Shown here piece by piece: positions 48,242 through 58,455 of a DNA stretch of 64,000 bases. The notes under the pieces are model-generated. The model was not told the DNA's origin. It did no database searches and worked only from the letters and a program-made list of their open reading frames with translations. Source of the stretch: an uncultured virus (IMG/VR IMGVR_UViG_3300032138_000963) (taxonomy: Duplodnaviria; Heunggongvirae; Uroviricota; Caudoviricetes); IMG/VR virus record IMGVR_UViG_3300032138_000963; one strand, written 5' to 3'. A program made the translations under genes and the position numbers. The first letter of the stretch is position 1; every line of letters starts with the position of its first letter.

Positions 48242-51187
48242 TTGGTGATGCCTTCTTCTTCTCTCAAATCCCTGCGAACAACAGCCAAGGCTTGGGCGGC
48301 CGCTGGCCTATCCGTCGTACCCATTCGTGCTGATGGCTCGAAGGCGCCTGCAATTGAGACGTGGGCCGAGCTTCAAGAACGCATCCTTACTGATGACGAG
48401 ATCGACCAGCATTTCAAGCCCGGTCTAGGAATCGCCATTATCGCGGGTGAGATCAGTGGCAATCTCGAGTTCCTAGACTTCGATGTCCCCAAGGACAAGC
48501 AGGGGAACAAGATCAGTGACTGCATCTTCGATGCGTGGCTCGACTGTCTCGATATTGACCTGTTCGAGCTGGTCGGAACGATGCCCACTGTGCGGACGCC
48601 TGGCGGCGGTGTCCACCTCTATTACAGATGCGACTACCTGGAGGGCAATAAAAAGCTCGCCATGCAGGTCAACCCGCCTGGGACAATTCCACCAAAGAGC
48701 ACCATCGCGGAAACGCGAGGCCGTGGCGGGTACGTTCTTGCGCCTGGATGTCCGCCTGAATGCCACCCTACGAAAAAGACCTACGAACTCGTAGCCGGAT
48801 CTTTCGCAGGTGAGGGCGATGGGGATGGCGTTCCAACAATCACAGCTGATCAGCGCGCCAAGCTATTCGCTTCCATCCGATCATTTGACCAGTCTGATCT
48901 CGCGCAAAAGGACGCTCGCAGGAAGGACCCCTCGCTTCACCCAGTTGCGCAGCGCGAGGGAAACCGTCCCGGCGACGACTACAACAGGCGGGCAAAGTGG
49001 GAGAACATCCTCGAGCCCCAGGGGTGGACCTTCGCCTATCACAGGCGCCACGACGGCGCTGAGTGCTGGAGGCGCCCAGGCAAGCCTGATCGGGAGCGCG
49101 GCATCAGTGCCACCGTCAGGAACATCGAGGGCATCGAGCTTTTCCACTCCTTCTCCTCGAACTCCGATCCCCTCCCGCACGACGAGTCGATCACCAAATT
49201 CACAGCCTACACACTCTTCCATCACAACGGCGACTACGAGGCGGCAGCTCGAGAGCTTGGGAAGCAAGGGTACGGTGAACCGCCTCGCCGTATCCTCGAT
49301 ATCGACAGCGCTGTAGACGGACGGCGCGACGACTCCGTTCCGTGGGGTGACTACGATCCGCCCGGAATCAGTACGCGTGTTTCCAGGAGTGACCAACAGG
49401 GCGAGGAGGGTCCGGACAGCCGCCCTTTCGCCGAAGGGGGTCCACCCCCATTTGAAGCATCCATCTTCCATGAGGAAGTAGATCCTCTCGAAGTTCAGCT
49501 TTTTGCGAACGAGGAAAAGCTCGAAGAGGAAGAGCAGACTCGCAAGAGGAAAGAGAAGCTCAAGCGTCGGCAGGTGGAGATGTCGAAGGGGACGGCGTAT
49601 CTCGTCTGGCGCGACTACGGGGATGAGCCTCGACGCGAACTGACCGCAGAGGGGCGAATCAAAACCTACGTCGACAGACCGCGAGACACGGTGTGGTTGA
49701 TGCTGAAGGACATCTACTCCAGCGTTGATGGTGTTCGGAAGATCCACTACCAGAACACTGAGTTCATGGTCTGGAATGGGGAGAGGTACCGAGCGCTTGG
49801 CGCTGACGATATCCGGCCGCGAATCTCCAGGCAGCTCTCACATTTCGCCGAGTACAAGTGTGAGGATGAGGACGGCAACATCATCTACACGCCGTACAAG
49901 ATTCGGAACGTGCGAATGAATGAGATCGTGAAGACCATCCAAGATATGGTCCACATCGACACAGAGATCTCGGACCCGTGCTGGCTATGCGACACTGATG
50001 ATGCCGAGTCCCTGCCAGATCCACGCGAGATTGTGTGCTGCAAAAACGGCCTTCTCGATATCGCAAACCGAGAACTCCTCCCTCCATCGCCAGCGCTGTA
50101 CTCGTTCAACAATACAGGAATCGTATACGACCCAGAAGCTCCAGCCCCAGAAGCGTGGCTCAGCTTTCTCGAGAGCAGTCTTGATGAGGATTCCCGGCTG
50201 CTACTTCAGCAATGGTTCGGATACTGCCTCGTGCAGGACACTCGACTCCAGAAGATGCTCATGGTCGTCGGCAAGCCTGGATCCGGAAAAGGTACAGCGA
50301 TGACGATCTTGCGTCGGCTCGTTGGTGACAGCTCGTGTTGCGCGATGAGCTTCGACAAGTTCGACGCGAACTTCGGCCTGCAAAACGCAATCGGCAAGTC
50401 GCTGATGATCTTTCCTGATGCGAGGCAGAATGCGAAGTTCGATATCAAAGGGTCGGCGGTCGGCGCAATCCTCTCTATCACCGGTGAGGATGAGATCCAG
50501 ATCGACCGCAAGAACGTCGCGCCTGTCACGAGGCGTCTCAACACACGCCTCGTGGTGGTCTCGAACGACGTGATGCAGCTGACCGACCGGTCCAAGGCAC
50601 TTTCGAGGCGCATGCTCTGGATCAAGTTCCCTGGCCACACTCGATCGACAGACCCGAATCTCAAAAAGAAGCTACTGACCGAGCTATCAGGAATCCTCAA
50701 CTGGGCGGTTGAAGGGTGGGCTATGGTCCGATCCACCGGCGGGTTCACGCAGCCAGCGTCTGCCGACATGCTCCGCAACGCGTTCGAGGAACAATCCTCC
50801 GACATCGCATCCTTCATCGAGGACATGTGCGTCGTTGGTGAGGACAAGGTGGTGGAGAAGGTCGAACTCGTCCACCACTGGAATGCGTGGCGAATCTCCA
50901 AGGGATACCGAAAGATGGGTGAGGCCGTTTTCGGAAAGCTACTCAGCTCCGCAGTCATGAGACTCGAGGCTAAGAGGCGTAGGATCCCCGGGTTTGGACG
51001 AAAGAATTTCTACATCGGAATTGGCCTCGATGCGGAGAAGGTGACTGAGTACGCAGAGGAGTACGGAGGAACTGAGGTCTGGAAGGACCTGCTTCGAACG
51101 ATGACAAGAGGGGACAAGAGTGGCGGGATGGGGGATGTCGTCACAATCGCTGAGTACCTTGACCGAAATAACAATGATAAGAAGTGA
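48242..51187 (+). CDS. Prim-Pol primase fused to D5/P4-like SF3 helicase
   Basis: LDFD, TPGGGVHLYY, RGRGGYV; CCKNGLLD, GKPGSGKGT, VVSND. Confidence 0.93.
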   Translation: MVMPSSSLKSLRTTAKAWAAAGLSVVPIRADGSKAPAIETWAELQERILTDDEIDQHFKPGLGIAIIAGEISGNLEFLDFDVPKDKQGNKISDCIFDAWLDCLDIDLFELVGTMPTVRTPGGGVHLYYRCDYLEGNKKLAMQVNPPGTIPPKSTIAETRGRGGYVLAPGCPPECHPTKKTYELVAGSFAGEGDGDGVPTITADQRAKLFASIRSFDQSDLAQKDARRKDPSLHPVAQREGNRPGDDYNRRAKWENILEPQGWTFAYHRRHDGAECWRRPGKPDRERGISATVRNIEGIELFHSFSSNSDPLPHDESITKFTAYTLFHHNGDYEAAARELGKQGYGEPPRRILDIDSAVDGRRDDSVPWGDYDPPGISTRVSRSDQQGEEGPDSRPFAEGGPPPFEASIFHEEVDPLEVQLFANEEKLEEEEQTRKRKEKLKRRQVEMSKGTAYLVWRDYGDEPRRELTAEGRIKTYVDRPRDTVWLMLKDIYSSVDGVRKIHYQNTEFMVWNGERYRALGADDIRPRISRQLSHFAEYKCEDEDGNIIYTPYKIRNVRMNEIVKTIQDMVHIDTEISDPCWLCDTDDAESLPDPREIVCCKNGLLDIANRELLPPSPALYSFNNTGIVYDPEAPAPEAWLSFLESSLDEDSRLLLQQWFGYCLVQDTRLQKMLMVVGKPGSGKGTAMTILRRLVGDSSCCAMSFDKFDANFGLQNAIGKSLMIFPDARQNAKFDIKGSAVGAILSITGEDEIQIDRKNVAPVTRRLNTRLVVVSNDVMQLTDRSKALSRRMLWIKFPGHTRSTDPNLKKKLLTELSGILNWAVEGWAMVRSTGGFTQPASADMLRNAFEEQSSDIASFIEDMCVVGEDKVVEKVELVHHWNAWRISKGYRKMGEAVFGKLLSSAVMRLEAKRRRIPGFGRKNFYIGIGLDAEKVTEYAEEYGGTEVWKDLLRTMTRGDKSGGMGDVVTIAEYLDRNNNDKK

Positions 51188-51233
51188 TGATTTTTGAAGC
51201 TTCGTTTACGGAACTCGCTCGAAGTTCCCCCTC

Positions 51234-51586
51234 TGTCCAGGGCAGTGTCCAGGGCAAAGTTGAGCTGTCCAGGGTAAATCAGAGCCTGCGCGAAATTCGC
51301 AAAGCTCAAGGAACATTGTTTAGTTCTCAGTCTGACTCTTACCTGTCCAGGGTGTCCATAGTGTCCATAGCAAAAAGTAATTGAGCTGAATTATTCGAGA
51401 AAGACTCGCGCTAAATGCGCTTCACCCCCTAATGCTCTGCTTAAATTAAGTCACAATTGGTTTCACCCCCGGACACCCTGCCCACCACCCTGCTGCGCGC
51501 ATAGCGAAATGAACCACGAAGACAGTGGGTGTACGATCACTCCCAAATTAGCTCTGTCCAGGGTGCCCTGGACACTACCCCGGACA
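51234..51586. repeat. Iteron-like TGTCCAGGG repeats around an AT-rich tract (putative origin)
   Basis: Exact copies at 51234, 51246, 51266, 51344 and 51555; inverted copy at 51566; variants at 51353, 51362, 51467 (inverted) and 51578 (inverted). Confidence 0.75.
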
Positions 51587-51867
51587 AGCTCGATTAAAGC
51601 TTTAGATGTGCAGAGTTTTTCACAGTGAACCCAGTTCAGCTCGATGGGTTGGATTCTCTCACGGTCTTGTTGAAGGATGGGAACCAAACCCTTTGGTCCT
51701 GCAGATCTTTTCGAAACAAGGAACCGAAATGAACCTTTTGTCGACGTTGGTATGCATCTTGAATGATGCCTTGGATAGAATTCCAACCAAAATCGAGCGT
51801 CGATTTTTCTTGACCCACCCCTTGCAATCGAAAAGCGATTGCGAGACTTTCCTCCCTGGATGGTTTC

Positions 51868-52179
51868 ATGCAGCCGGGAGTGTTCGTGGCAGCGGCAGGT
51901 CAGAGGTTCAATCTCGAGAGAATAATTCGAGCCCGAGATCGCAGAGAGATGTGCCCGAGGTGTTGGGCAAAGATGCGGTATCGAAAGGTTTGTGGGACCA
52001 TGGCAGAATGGGCGCCGGGCCCATATGCTTGGTTTTGCCCGAGATGCCCATCAATAATGCTGGATGGATCGATCATTCCGGGCGACCAAACTTGGGACGC
52101 TCGGATGAAGGTGGACGAAAGGCGGAGGATCAGCAAGTATCTCGCTGCCGCACTTCGGCGGGAGACCGAAAAGAAGTAA
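51868..52179 (+). CDS. Small zinc-ribbon protein
   Basis: Two CPRC motifs; followed by a hairpin. Confidence 0.5.
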   Translation: MQPGVFVAAAGQRFNLERIIRARDRREMCPRCWAKMRYRKVCGTMAEWAPGPYAWFCPRCPSIMLDGSIIPGDQTWDARMKVDERRRISKYLAAALRRETEKK

Positions 52180-52206
52180 GCCCGGGGCGAACCACCGGGC
52201 TTACTT
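52174..52206 (+). terminator. Hairpin, possible terminator
   Basis: 12-bp inverted repeat aagtaagcccgg/ccgggcttactt; weak U-tract. Confidence 0.5.
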
Positions 52207-52328
52207 GGAGTGCGTTTTGTCCGGCGAACCCCAAGGAGTCGACGGGCTGAGGTGTCAAGCTCAGTATCGGTATTCTATCGATATCACGCAGATAGTCAAG
52301 CAGAAACAAAAGGAAGAGGTATTTCAAG

Positions 52329-53315
52329 ATGGCAGATGAAAATCAGCAACCGCAAACGCCGCGCATCGGAGTTGTAGGTCAACCGAGTCAGCCACAGGGG
52401 CAACCCGGACAGCCGCAGCCGGCTCAACAACCTCAGCGTGGGGTTCCAGGTACGCAGCAGCCCCCCGTCCCCTCGGCTGAGCAGGTGCAGCGTGTAATGG
52501 CTGAGCAGGCTCGTCAGCGCCAAGCAGATGCAGCTGAGGCGCAGCGTCGCGCTACTGAGTTGGCCAAAACAGCACAGCCAGGACAAGCTGTCCATGGAAT
52601 GGAGCTTCCGCAATCACAGGCTCCTGGTATTCCTCCAGCGCAACAGCAGATCCCCGCAGATGTGGCCGCTCAGATGCCCCCGCAAATGCAATCACAAACC
52701 ATGGCTCCACAGGATCCGCCGCCCTCTCCCGTTCCAGGAATGACCGCACAGGAAGTTCTTGCCGGCCCTCCGCAACCGCAATCCCAACCCCAACCCCAAC
52801 AGCCAGTGCAACAACCACCAAGTCAACAGCAGTCCGGAAATCAGTTTGCCCAATATGCGGCGCCGGTTCCCGTCGTGAAGGCCTCCGTACCCTGGTACCC
52901 GATCCGTAGTAATGGAGTCGACGTCGAACTCGAGGACTCCATTATCAAGTTCGTTCCACAAAATGGAATCGAAGGAGAGGGTAATGCTCAGGCGAAGGTT
53001 ATCCTCGCTTTGTTCTCGGAGATCTTGGCGCTTCGAGAGAAGGTCGCTCAGATGTCGCAGGCGCCTGCGGTGGATCAGCAGCTCGCGCAACGAGTCTACA
53101 ACCTCGAGCGCGTCCTACATGAGCAGCGCCAAGGTATGCAAGCTCGAGCGCGAGGTATTCAAGAGCAGATCGCCATGTTCCAGGCGAAGGGGCTCTCGCC
53201 GGATCAGATCGTAGCAGCGCTGTCGACTCAGTCCCAGACTGCCGCCGCCATGGTGGATACTGGCGAGTCTGAGACCGCGCCCGCACCCGCGCCTGCACCT
53301 GAAGATCAAAGCTAG
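52329..53315 (+). CDS. Gln/Pro-rich protein with C-terminal coiled coil
   Basis: GAGG upstream; strongly biased composition. Confidence 0.8.
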   Translation: MADENQQPQTPRIGVVGQPSQPQGQPGQPQPAQQPQRGVPGTQQPPVPSAEQVQRVMAEQARQRQADAAEAQRRATELAKTAQPGQAVHGMELPQSQAPGIPPAQQQIPADVAAQMPPQMQSQTMAPQDPPPSPVPGMTAQEVLAGPPQPQSQPQPQQPVQQPPSQQQSGNQFAQYAAPVPVVKASVPWYPIRSNGVDVELEDSIIKFVPQNGIEGEGNAQAKVILALFSEILALREKVAQMSQAPAVDQQLAQRVYNLERVLHEQRQGMQARARGIQEQIAMFQAKGLSPDQIVAALSTQSQTAAAMVDTGESETAPAPAPAPEDQS

Positions 53316-54640
53316 TCGCTCATCGCAATCTCGAGCAATTTCTCGACGTAGCCCTGCTGGTCTTCTTCGAGGTGTTGCTCGAGCTTCATGAGCCGTCGCG
53401 CGCCCTTCATCTCGTAGAGCTTCTTGAGGAGTTTCTCGAGTTCGGAATCATCGTCGGTGTCGGTGATCTTCCTGAATAGGGCGAATTGCTCCGCGGTCAG
53501 GGTCTCCTCGATTACCGGCCACTGTTCGTTTTCCTCGATGCTCATCTTGAGGATCTCGACCATGAGGGCGACCGGATTCTCTCGGGCCTTGTCCATGCCG
53601 GACGCCGAGAAGACCTCCTCGAGTTGCTCGGTGGTCATCTCGTCGCCACCCTCGATGGCCGCCTGAGTCTCCTCACTAATGGGCGGCTTCTTCTTTTTCT
53701 TCTTTCGTTTGCCCTTCTTTTCCTTAGCCTTCTCAACGCGCGACTTGTCGCCCTTCTTTTTCTTCTTCTTTTTCTTCTTTACGTCGTCTCCAGAAACTTG
53801 GTCTCCAGTTTTAGGTGCTGTCGGCCTCGTTTTCTTCTTCTTTTTCTTGGATGCTTCTTCATCACCCTCATCGCCGTCATCGCTGCTGCTTTTCGGGGTG
53901 TTGATCTTCTTGATGATGGCCTTCATGAAGCCTTCAACCATGCCGGATTCTTTGATGACCTCCATGGTCTCGTTCCAGCGCTGAGTCTTCATCTCCTCCT
54001 TCGTCTCCTCGATCTTCATCTCGTCGTTATGGATCCGCACCTCGAGGTCGAATTTCATCCGATCGCGCTCCACCTCGGCGAGGCGCCTCGCAGACTCGGA
54101 GATAATCTTCGACATCTCCTTGTTTTCTTGGAGTAGAGGCTTGACCATTCCGTGGAGGGTCTCGAGGACGGCGATGGACTGTGAGTGCAGCTCTCCGATG
54201 TACTGAGACTGCTGCTCGATCAGCTCCCCCTCCGTCATCATCGTCTTCGAACGAGCCATTCCGTCGCCCTCGCCAAGGTCGACATGCTTGCTTCGTTCGA
54301 ATCGGCCGCGCCCAGGCGGCCCAATAAGCATGACTCGGTAGGTGCCGGCGTCGTCTGTTTTCTCGATGTCGTACTGCATGCACATCATGCAGTAGTCAGC
54401 GATGTCGTCGGCGGATGCTGAGGGGCTCGTTTTCTTGGTCGCATTGTCCTGACAGATGATTGTGGCGACCTGTTCGTACTTTCCTCGCCGCACCATCTTG
54501 CTGACGATGGCCTTGGACAGGCCCTCGTGGCACTCCTCGAAAAGGGAAATCAGATCCGCCGGCGCACTTGGTGCATTCGTCGGCAATTCGAATTCAGGAG
54601 TGTGCGAAAGGGATTCGAAACCCATGCCAGGATCATACAA
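53312..54640 (-). CDS. Hypothetical coiled-coil protein with poly-Lys tract
   Basis: 442-aa ORF divergent from the putative virion operon. Confidence 0.8.
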   Translation of the reverse strand: MYDPGMGFESLSHTPEFELPTNAPSAPADLISLFEECHEGLSKAIVSKMVRRGKYEQVATIICQDNATKKTSPSASADDIADYCMMCMQYDIEKTDDAGTYRVMLIGPPGRGRFERSKHVDLGEGDGMARSKTMMTEGELIEQQSQYIGELHSQSIAVLETLHGMVKPLLQENKEMSKIISESARRLAEVERDRMKFDLEVRIHNDEMKIEETKEEMKTQRWNETMEVIKESGMVEGFMKAIIKKINTPKSSSDDGDEGDEEASKKKKKKTRPTAPKTGDQVSGDDVKKKKKKKKKGDKSRVEKAKEKKGKRKKKKKKPPISEETQAAIEGGDEMTTEQLEEVFSASGMDKARENPVALMVEILKMSIEENEQWPVIEETLTAEQFALFRKITDTDDDSELEKLLKKLYEMKGARRLMKLEQHLEEDQQGYVEKLLEIAMSD

Positions 54641-54838
54641 ATCGCCGTTACAAAAGTACAGCGCACACCTAACTCATTGGAATCCTTTGTAACTGCTCTG
54701 TCTGCAAGTTTTGTTATGGCACTTCTTTTTCCTGATTCGTTCTGGCATTGTGTTTTTCCGAGAGCGCCGAGCGGTTTGTTCGGCCAACAAGAACCAAACA
54801 AAGCGCTCGAAGCGCACCCCGAACCGGAGATTTGAAAA

Positions 54839-55288
54839 ATGGCAAAAGACGCCGCACTGAAGGACGTTTCCAAGCAAGAACTCGCCGAGGCCTACAGCAA
54901 GCTGAAGTCGCGTACCAAGAATGCGCAGATGACGGCCAAGAAGGAAGGCGAAATGCTCGTCGAGGACGCGCTGACGATCGCCGCGGGCGGTGGTCTCGGA
55001 TACCTCATGGGCCAAAGACACGCCGAGGCAGCCGAGGCTGCTCTCAAAGAGGGCATCGCCGAGGGCTCCGAGGAAATGGAGAAGGCAGTCGCTGAGGGTG
55101 GTCAGATCGCAGGCATCGACCTCGATCTCCTCGTCGGTGGCGGCGCCGCCGCAGCCGGGCTCCTGAAGCTCGGCGGAAAGATGAGCAACACGGTTCGCAA
55201 GGTCGGCATCGGTGGTCTCACCGCCTACGCCGCTCGCATCGGCCGTGAAAAGGGTATCGAGTCGGTCACAGAGCCCGACGAAGAGTAG
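54839..55288 (+). CDS. Small Gly/Ala-rich membrane protein (putative virion membrane protein)
   Basis: ALTIAAGGGLGYLMG, LLVGGGAAAAGLL, VGIGGLTAYAA; directly upstream of the putative capsid gene. Confidence 0.75.
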   Translation: MAKDAALKDVSKQELAEAYSKLKSRTKNAQMTAKKEGEMLVEDALTIAAGGGLGYLMGQRHAEAAEAALKEGIAEGSEEMEKAVAEGGQIAGIDLDLLVGGGAAAAGLLKLGGKMSNTVRKVGIGGLTAYAARIGREKGIESVTEPDEE

Positions 55289-55458
55289 GACACGTTCGAG
55301 TCCTCGAGGAACGGGTAGGGGGATCTGTCGGCTGGCTGGCCAACATCCCTACTCAAATGGGTAGCCCGGGATTTCATCCCGGGGTTCGAGGGTGAGCAGA
55401 AGATCCGCTCTCCTTCGAACAAGGACAAAAACAAACCAACCGAGAGAGAGAAAAGACT

Positions 55459-56097
55459 ATGGCAGGCGGATTCCGTTTCGCACAATCCCCGTCCCAGAGC
55501 GTCGCCCCATACGCGGGCTCGCAGGCGGGTTCCTATCAGTCCCAAGCAGTCGCCATGCGCGGCCGCGGACCCGGTTCCGAGGGTATGGTTACCTTCGGAC
55601 ACGGTGGGGACAAGTTCTACGCTGGCCAAGGCGGCGTGGAAACCTACCCGGGATGCTACGGGCTTCCCACCTACTGCGGATGGCAGCAGGTGGCAGGTTC
55701 GGTGGACATCGCCGGTACGACCGCTGGGGTTCTCAGCGTCGTGCCGACCGTGTCGCCGTTCTTCGAGCCCAAGGCGGTGTACCTGTTCGGGATCGACCCG
55801 AACGCGCCCGGTACCAACCTTCGCTTCACCGTTGGTGCAGTGACGGTCGGTGGTAGCCCGCAGCTGGCCATCAACACCCTCACTCCTGCGGGTGGTGGTG
55901 CGGCGAGCCCCGCGGAGCTGCTTTCGGACGTATTCAATCGTTCCGACGAGCCGCTCCTGGTCAACTGGTCGGTCTTCTCGACCGTCGGCCTGGCCCGTGA
56001 GCTTCAGATCAGCCTGTTCAACCTGAACGGGCAAGCCATCCGCGTCTTCGCGGCGGTCTGGGGCAACGCGGTCACTTCGCTCGACTGCTACGCCTAG
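55459..56097 (+). CDS. Putative single jelly-roll major capsid protein
   Basis: Flexible Gly-rich N-arm plus about 140 aa of alternating beta-strand pattern (PFFEPKAVYL, FTVGAVTVGGSPQ, LQISLFN, VFAAVWGNAV); strong C/G third-position bias; own terminator. The ORF is secure; the function is inferred. Confidence 0.55.
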   Translation: MAGGFRFAQSPSQSVAPYAGSQAGSYQSQAVAMRGRGPGSEGMVTFGHGGDKFYAGQGGVETYPGCYGLPTYCGWQQVAGSVDIAGTTAGVLSVVPTVSPFFEPKAVYLFGIDPNAPGTNLRFTVGAVTVGGSPQLAINTLTPAGGGAASPAELLSDVFNRSDEPLLVNWSVFSTVGLARELQISLFNLNGQAIRVFAAVWGNAVTSLDCYA

Positions 56098-56122
56098 TAG
56101 CAACTCGAGGGTTGACCCTCTT

Positions 56123-56161
56123 GAAAGGGCCCTGGGGACGCTCAGGGCCCTTTCGTTTGTT
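56123..56161 (+). terminator. Rho-independent terminator
   Basis: Stem gaaagggccctg/cagggccctttc followed by gtttgtt. Confidence 0.85.
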
Positions 56162-56200
56162 CACAGCGACGGCTGATTATGTGATCTCTGGAGAATCAGT

Positions 56201-57349
56201 GTGACGCGCGGGAAAGGCCACTCCGCACCGAATAGATTCGCGCAATCAGTAGCTGCTCCTCGAGCGGCTGGATCTCTGCAACCTCGGCCCACGATCGGGC
56301 AAATCCGTGCCACCGATCGAGCTGAGGTTCAGCAATTTAACGACAACGCAGTCTACCTTCCGAACCCGTCCGCGGATGCGCCCTTTGATCGGCACAATCC
56401 GCAGTCGTACGAGCAGAAGGTATATGGACTTGGACTCGCTCCGAATATCCCTCAGCACTTTTGGCAGCTGATCAAGGGGGATTCTGGGGCTGGCAGTTCG
56501 GTCTATCGCGTTGCAGAGCTTTTTCAGCGCCTCGGCGCTTCAGGGGAGCGTACAGCAGGGACGCCATACAGCAAGGCAATCCAACTTGCTACGATGGCAT
56601 CGTCTGATCAGCGACCCCGCTACTTCCACACAACTCTATTTTCTGTTGGTCGAGTATTCCAGAGTGATGTCCCAGGCGGAATCCCTCCGCTTCCAACGGA
56701 TGAGGTCAGGAGGTTTGCGTCGGGCATCCCCGCTGGCACGCCAAGCGTGACAGGTAATACGCAGTTTGGTGTTCCGCAGTTCAGCACGACCCAGTTCCGC
56801 ATCATGGTCGCGGACGAATCCGGGCAACGATTCGTCGATGTAGATGTGCTTGGCGTTCGGTCCATGAATCTCTACGGTTTCGGCGTCACTGTGTTTGCCC
56901 TCATCAAAGAGGATGGATACGAGATCGACCGCCAGCGGGATGACAACCCGCTACTTGGTCCAGGCATTCTCGATCAATCCGTAGTAGGTTCCCGCATCGT
57001 TCCTATTCGGAGCAACGATACGCAGAATTCCAACAACCGAACGGTTACGATTACCAACCCGGTTGGACCTGCAGATCCCACAGTCGTTCCGATTCCTCCA
57101 GGTGCACGCCGGGTCCAGGGGTATGTGGATCCACCCGGAGCCGACCTAGTATTCCCATTCTTCGCCACCATCGACCCCCTGAATCCGGGGACTGCCGCAG
57201 GAACAAGCCAGGGTACCCTCCGCTTCCCGCCGACACCCGGAGGGTCTACAACCCTTACCAATATCCCGAATTCGAACGCGATCGTCATCCCAAATGGAAT
57301 TGGTTTCGCCGGCCGACGCTGGACCTTCGTTTTTGAGGTGACGCCATGA
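56201..57349 (+). CDS. Beta-rich putative virion protein, paralogue 1
   Basis: LPNP..APFDR, GDSGAG.SVYR, DESGQRF.DVD, VPIPPGA, W.FVFEV. Confidence 0.75.
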   Translation: MTRGKGHSAPNRFAQSVAAPRAAGSLQPRPTIGQIRATDRAEVQQFNDNAVYLPNPSADAPFDRHNPQSYEQKVYGLGLAPNIPQHFWQLIKGDSGAGSSVYRVAELFQRLGASGERTAGTPYSKAIQLATMASSDQRPRYFHTTLFSVGRVFQSDVPGGIPPLPTDEVRRFASGIPAGTPSVTGNTQFGVPQFSTTQFRIMVADESGQRFVDVDVLGVRSMNLYGFGVTVFALIKEDGYEIDRQRDDNPLLGPGILDQSVVGSRIVPIRSNDTQNSNNRTVTITNPVGPADPTVVPIPPGARRVQGYVDPPGADLVFPFFATIDPLNPGTAAGTSQGTLRFPPTPGGSTTLTNIPNSNAIVIPNGIGFAGRRWTFVFEVTP

Positions 57350-58455
57350 CGCGTAAGAGACTCGGGACCGGAGACCTGCGCGACCTCGAGCGCAAGGAGG
57401 TTCGGCGGTTCAACGATAATCGCGTGTCGCTGCCGAACCCGCAAGCTGAGCCAGCGTTCGATCGCCACGCTCCCATTCCGAGTGACCAGAAGGCCCTCGC
57501 TTTTGGCATGGAGCCCACGGAGCCCAAGCGCCTGTTTGAGCTGCCTCGTGGAGATGCCGGAGCCGGTCAGACGGTCTATCGGAAGATTCACGCCTTCTAC
57601 AGCCTCGCGCAGCCGGGAGACAGCGGACGTGTAGGAGGCTCAGACTTCACAAAGGCGCTGCCCATCATCACGATGCGGTCGGCAAACCAGAAGCCGAAGT
57701 ACTGGCATATCTCCGTTTACGGCATCGGCGTTCGACGACCAGACAATAATACACCGCTCGAACCCCTTTCCGACACCGAAATTCGAAGCCTTCAGTTCGA
57801 GCAGTACTTTGTCGAAACAGCCCCCGGAGTATTCACCCCCCTCTCCACACGCTTTGTACCAAGCGTGAATGCGTCCCAGGTTCGCGTGCTGGTGCATGAC
57901 GAATCCGGAGGTCGATACTTCGACGCGGACGTCATCGGCAACCGATCGTTCTCCCTCTACGGGTGGGGGGCCACCGTCTTTCTGCTGGTCAAAGAGGATG
58001 GGTATGAGGTTGATGCGCAGAACCCTGAGGCGAACACACCCCTCACGGGTAACGATGCTGGTGTTGAAGATGATCTAATCGGCGGGCGCATCGTCGGAAT
58101 CTTCACAAATAGAACTGAGAGTATTCAAAACAGGACCCTCTCAATAACGATCGATCCCTCAAGATTTGGCGCCGCCGCGCTCCCCAGGATCGTTCCGATT
58201 CCGCCAGGGGCCAAAAGCGTCCAAATCTTTTCCACAGCCTCCGGCCCACTTGACCCACTTTGGCGACTCCAGTTTTGGTACGGTCGAGCCCTGGCCGGCG
58301 GCCGGCCGGACGTCGGTACCATAGACTGGAATGGTACCGACTCTAGCACCCGGATCGTTGGAATTCCCAACGCTCCATCGATCGCCATCACGCCGATCAA
58401 CCCCGGGATTACCCCGACCACAAGCTTCTCACTCGTATTTGAGGTGGAACCATGA
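57346..58455 (+). CDS. Beta-rich putative virion protein, paralogue 2
   Basis: Same motif series; ATGA-coupled. Confidence 0.75.
   Translation: MTRKRLGTGDLRDLERKEVRRFNDNRVSLPNPQAEPAFDRHAPIPSDQKALAFGMEPTEPKRLFELPRGDAGAGQTVYRKIHAFYSLAQPGDSGRVGGSDFTKALPIITMRSANQKPKYWHISVYGIGVRRPDNNTPLEPLSDTEIRSLQFEQYFVETAPGVFTPLSTRFVPSVNASQVRVLVHDESGGRYFDADVIGNRSFSLYGWGATVFLLVKEDGYEVDAQNPEANTPLTGNDAGVEDDLIGGRIVGIFTNRTESIQNRTLSITIDPSRFGAAALPRIVPIPPGAKSVQIFSTASGPLDPLWRLQFWYGRALAGGRPDVGTIDWNGTDSSTRIVGIPNAPSIAITPINPGITPTTSFSLVFEVEP

Noticed and set aside
51184..52250. ORFs 51184-51384, 51463-51786 and 51606-52250
   Set aside because: They cross the repeat-rich, AT-rich putative origin and have no convincing protein features.
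54295..54335. MLIGPPGRGRF as the Walker A of a packaging ATPase
   Set aside because: It lacks GK[T/S] and a Walker B; the rest of the protein is coiled coil and low complexity.
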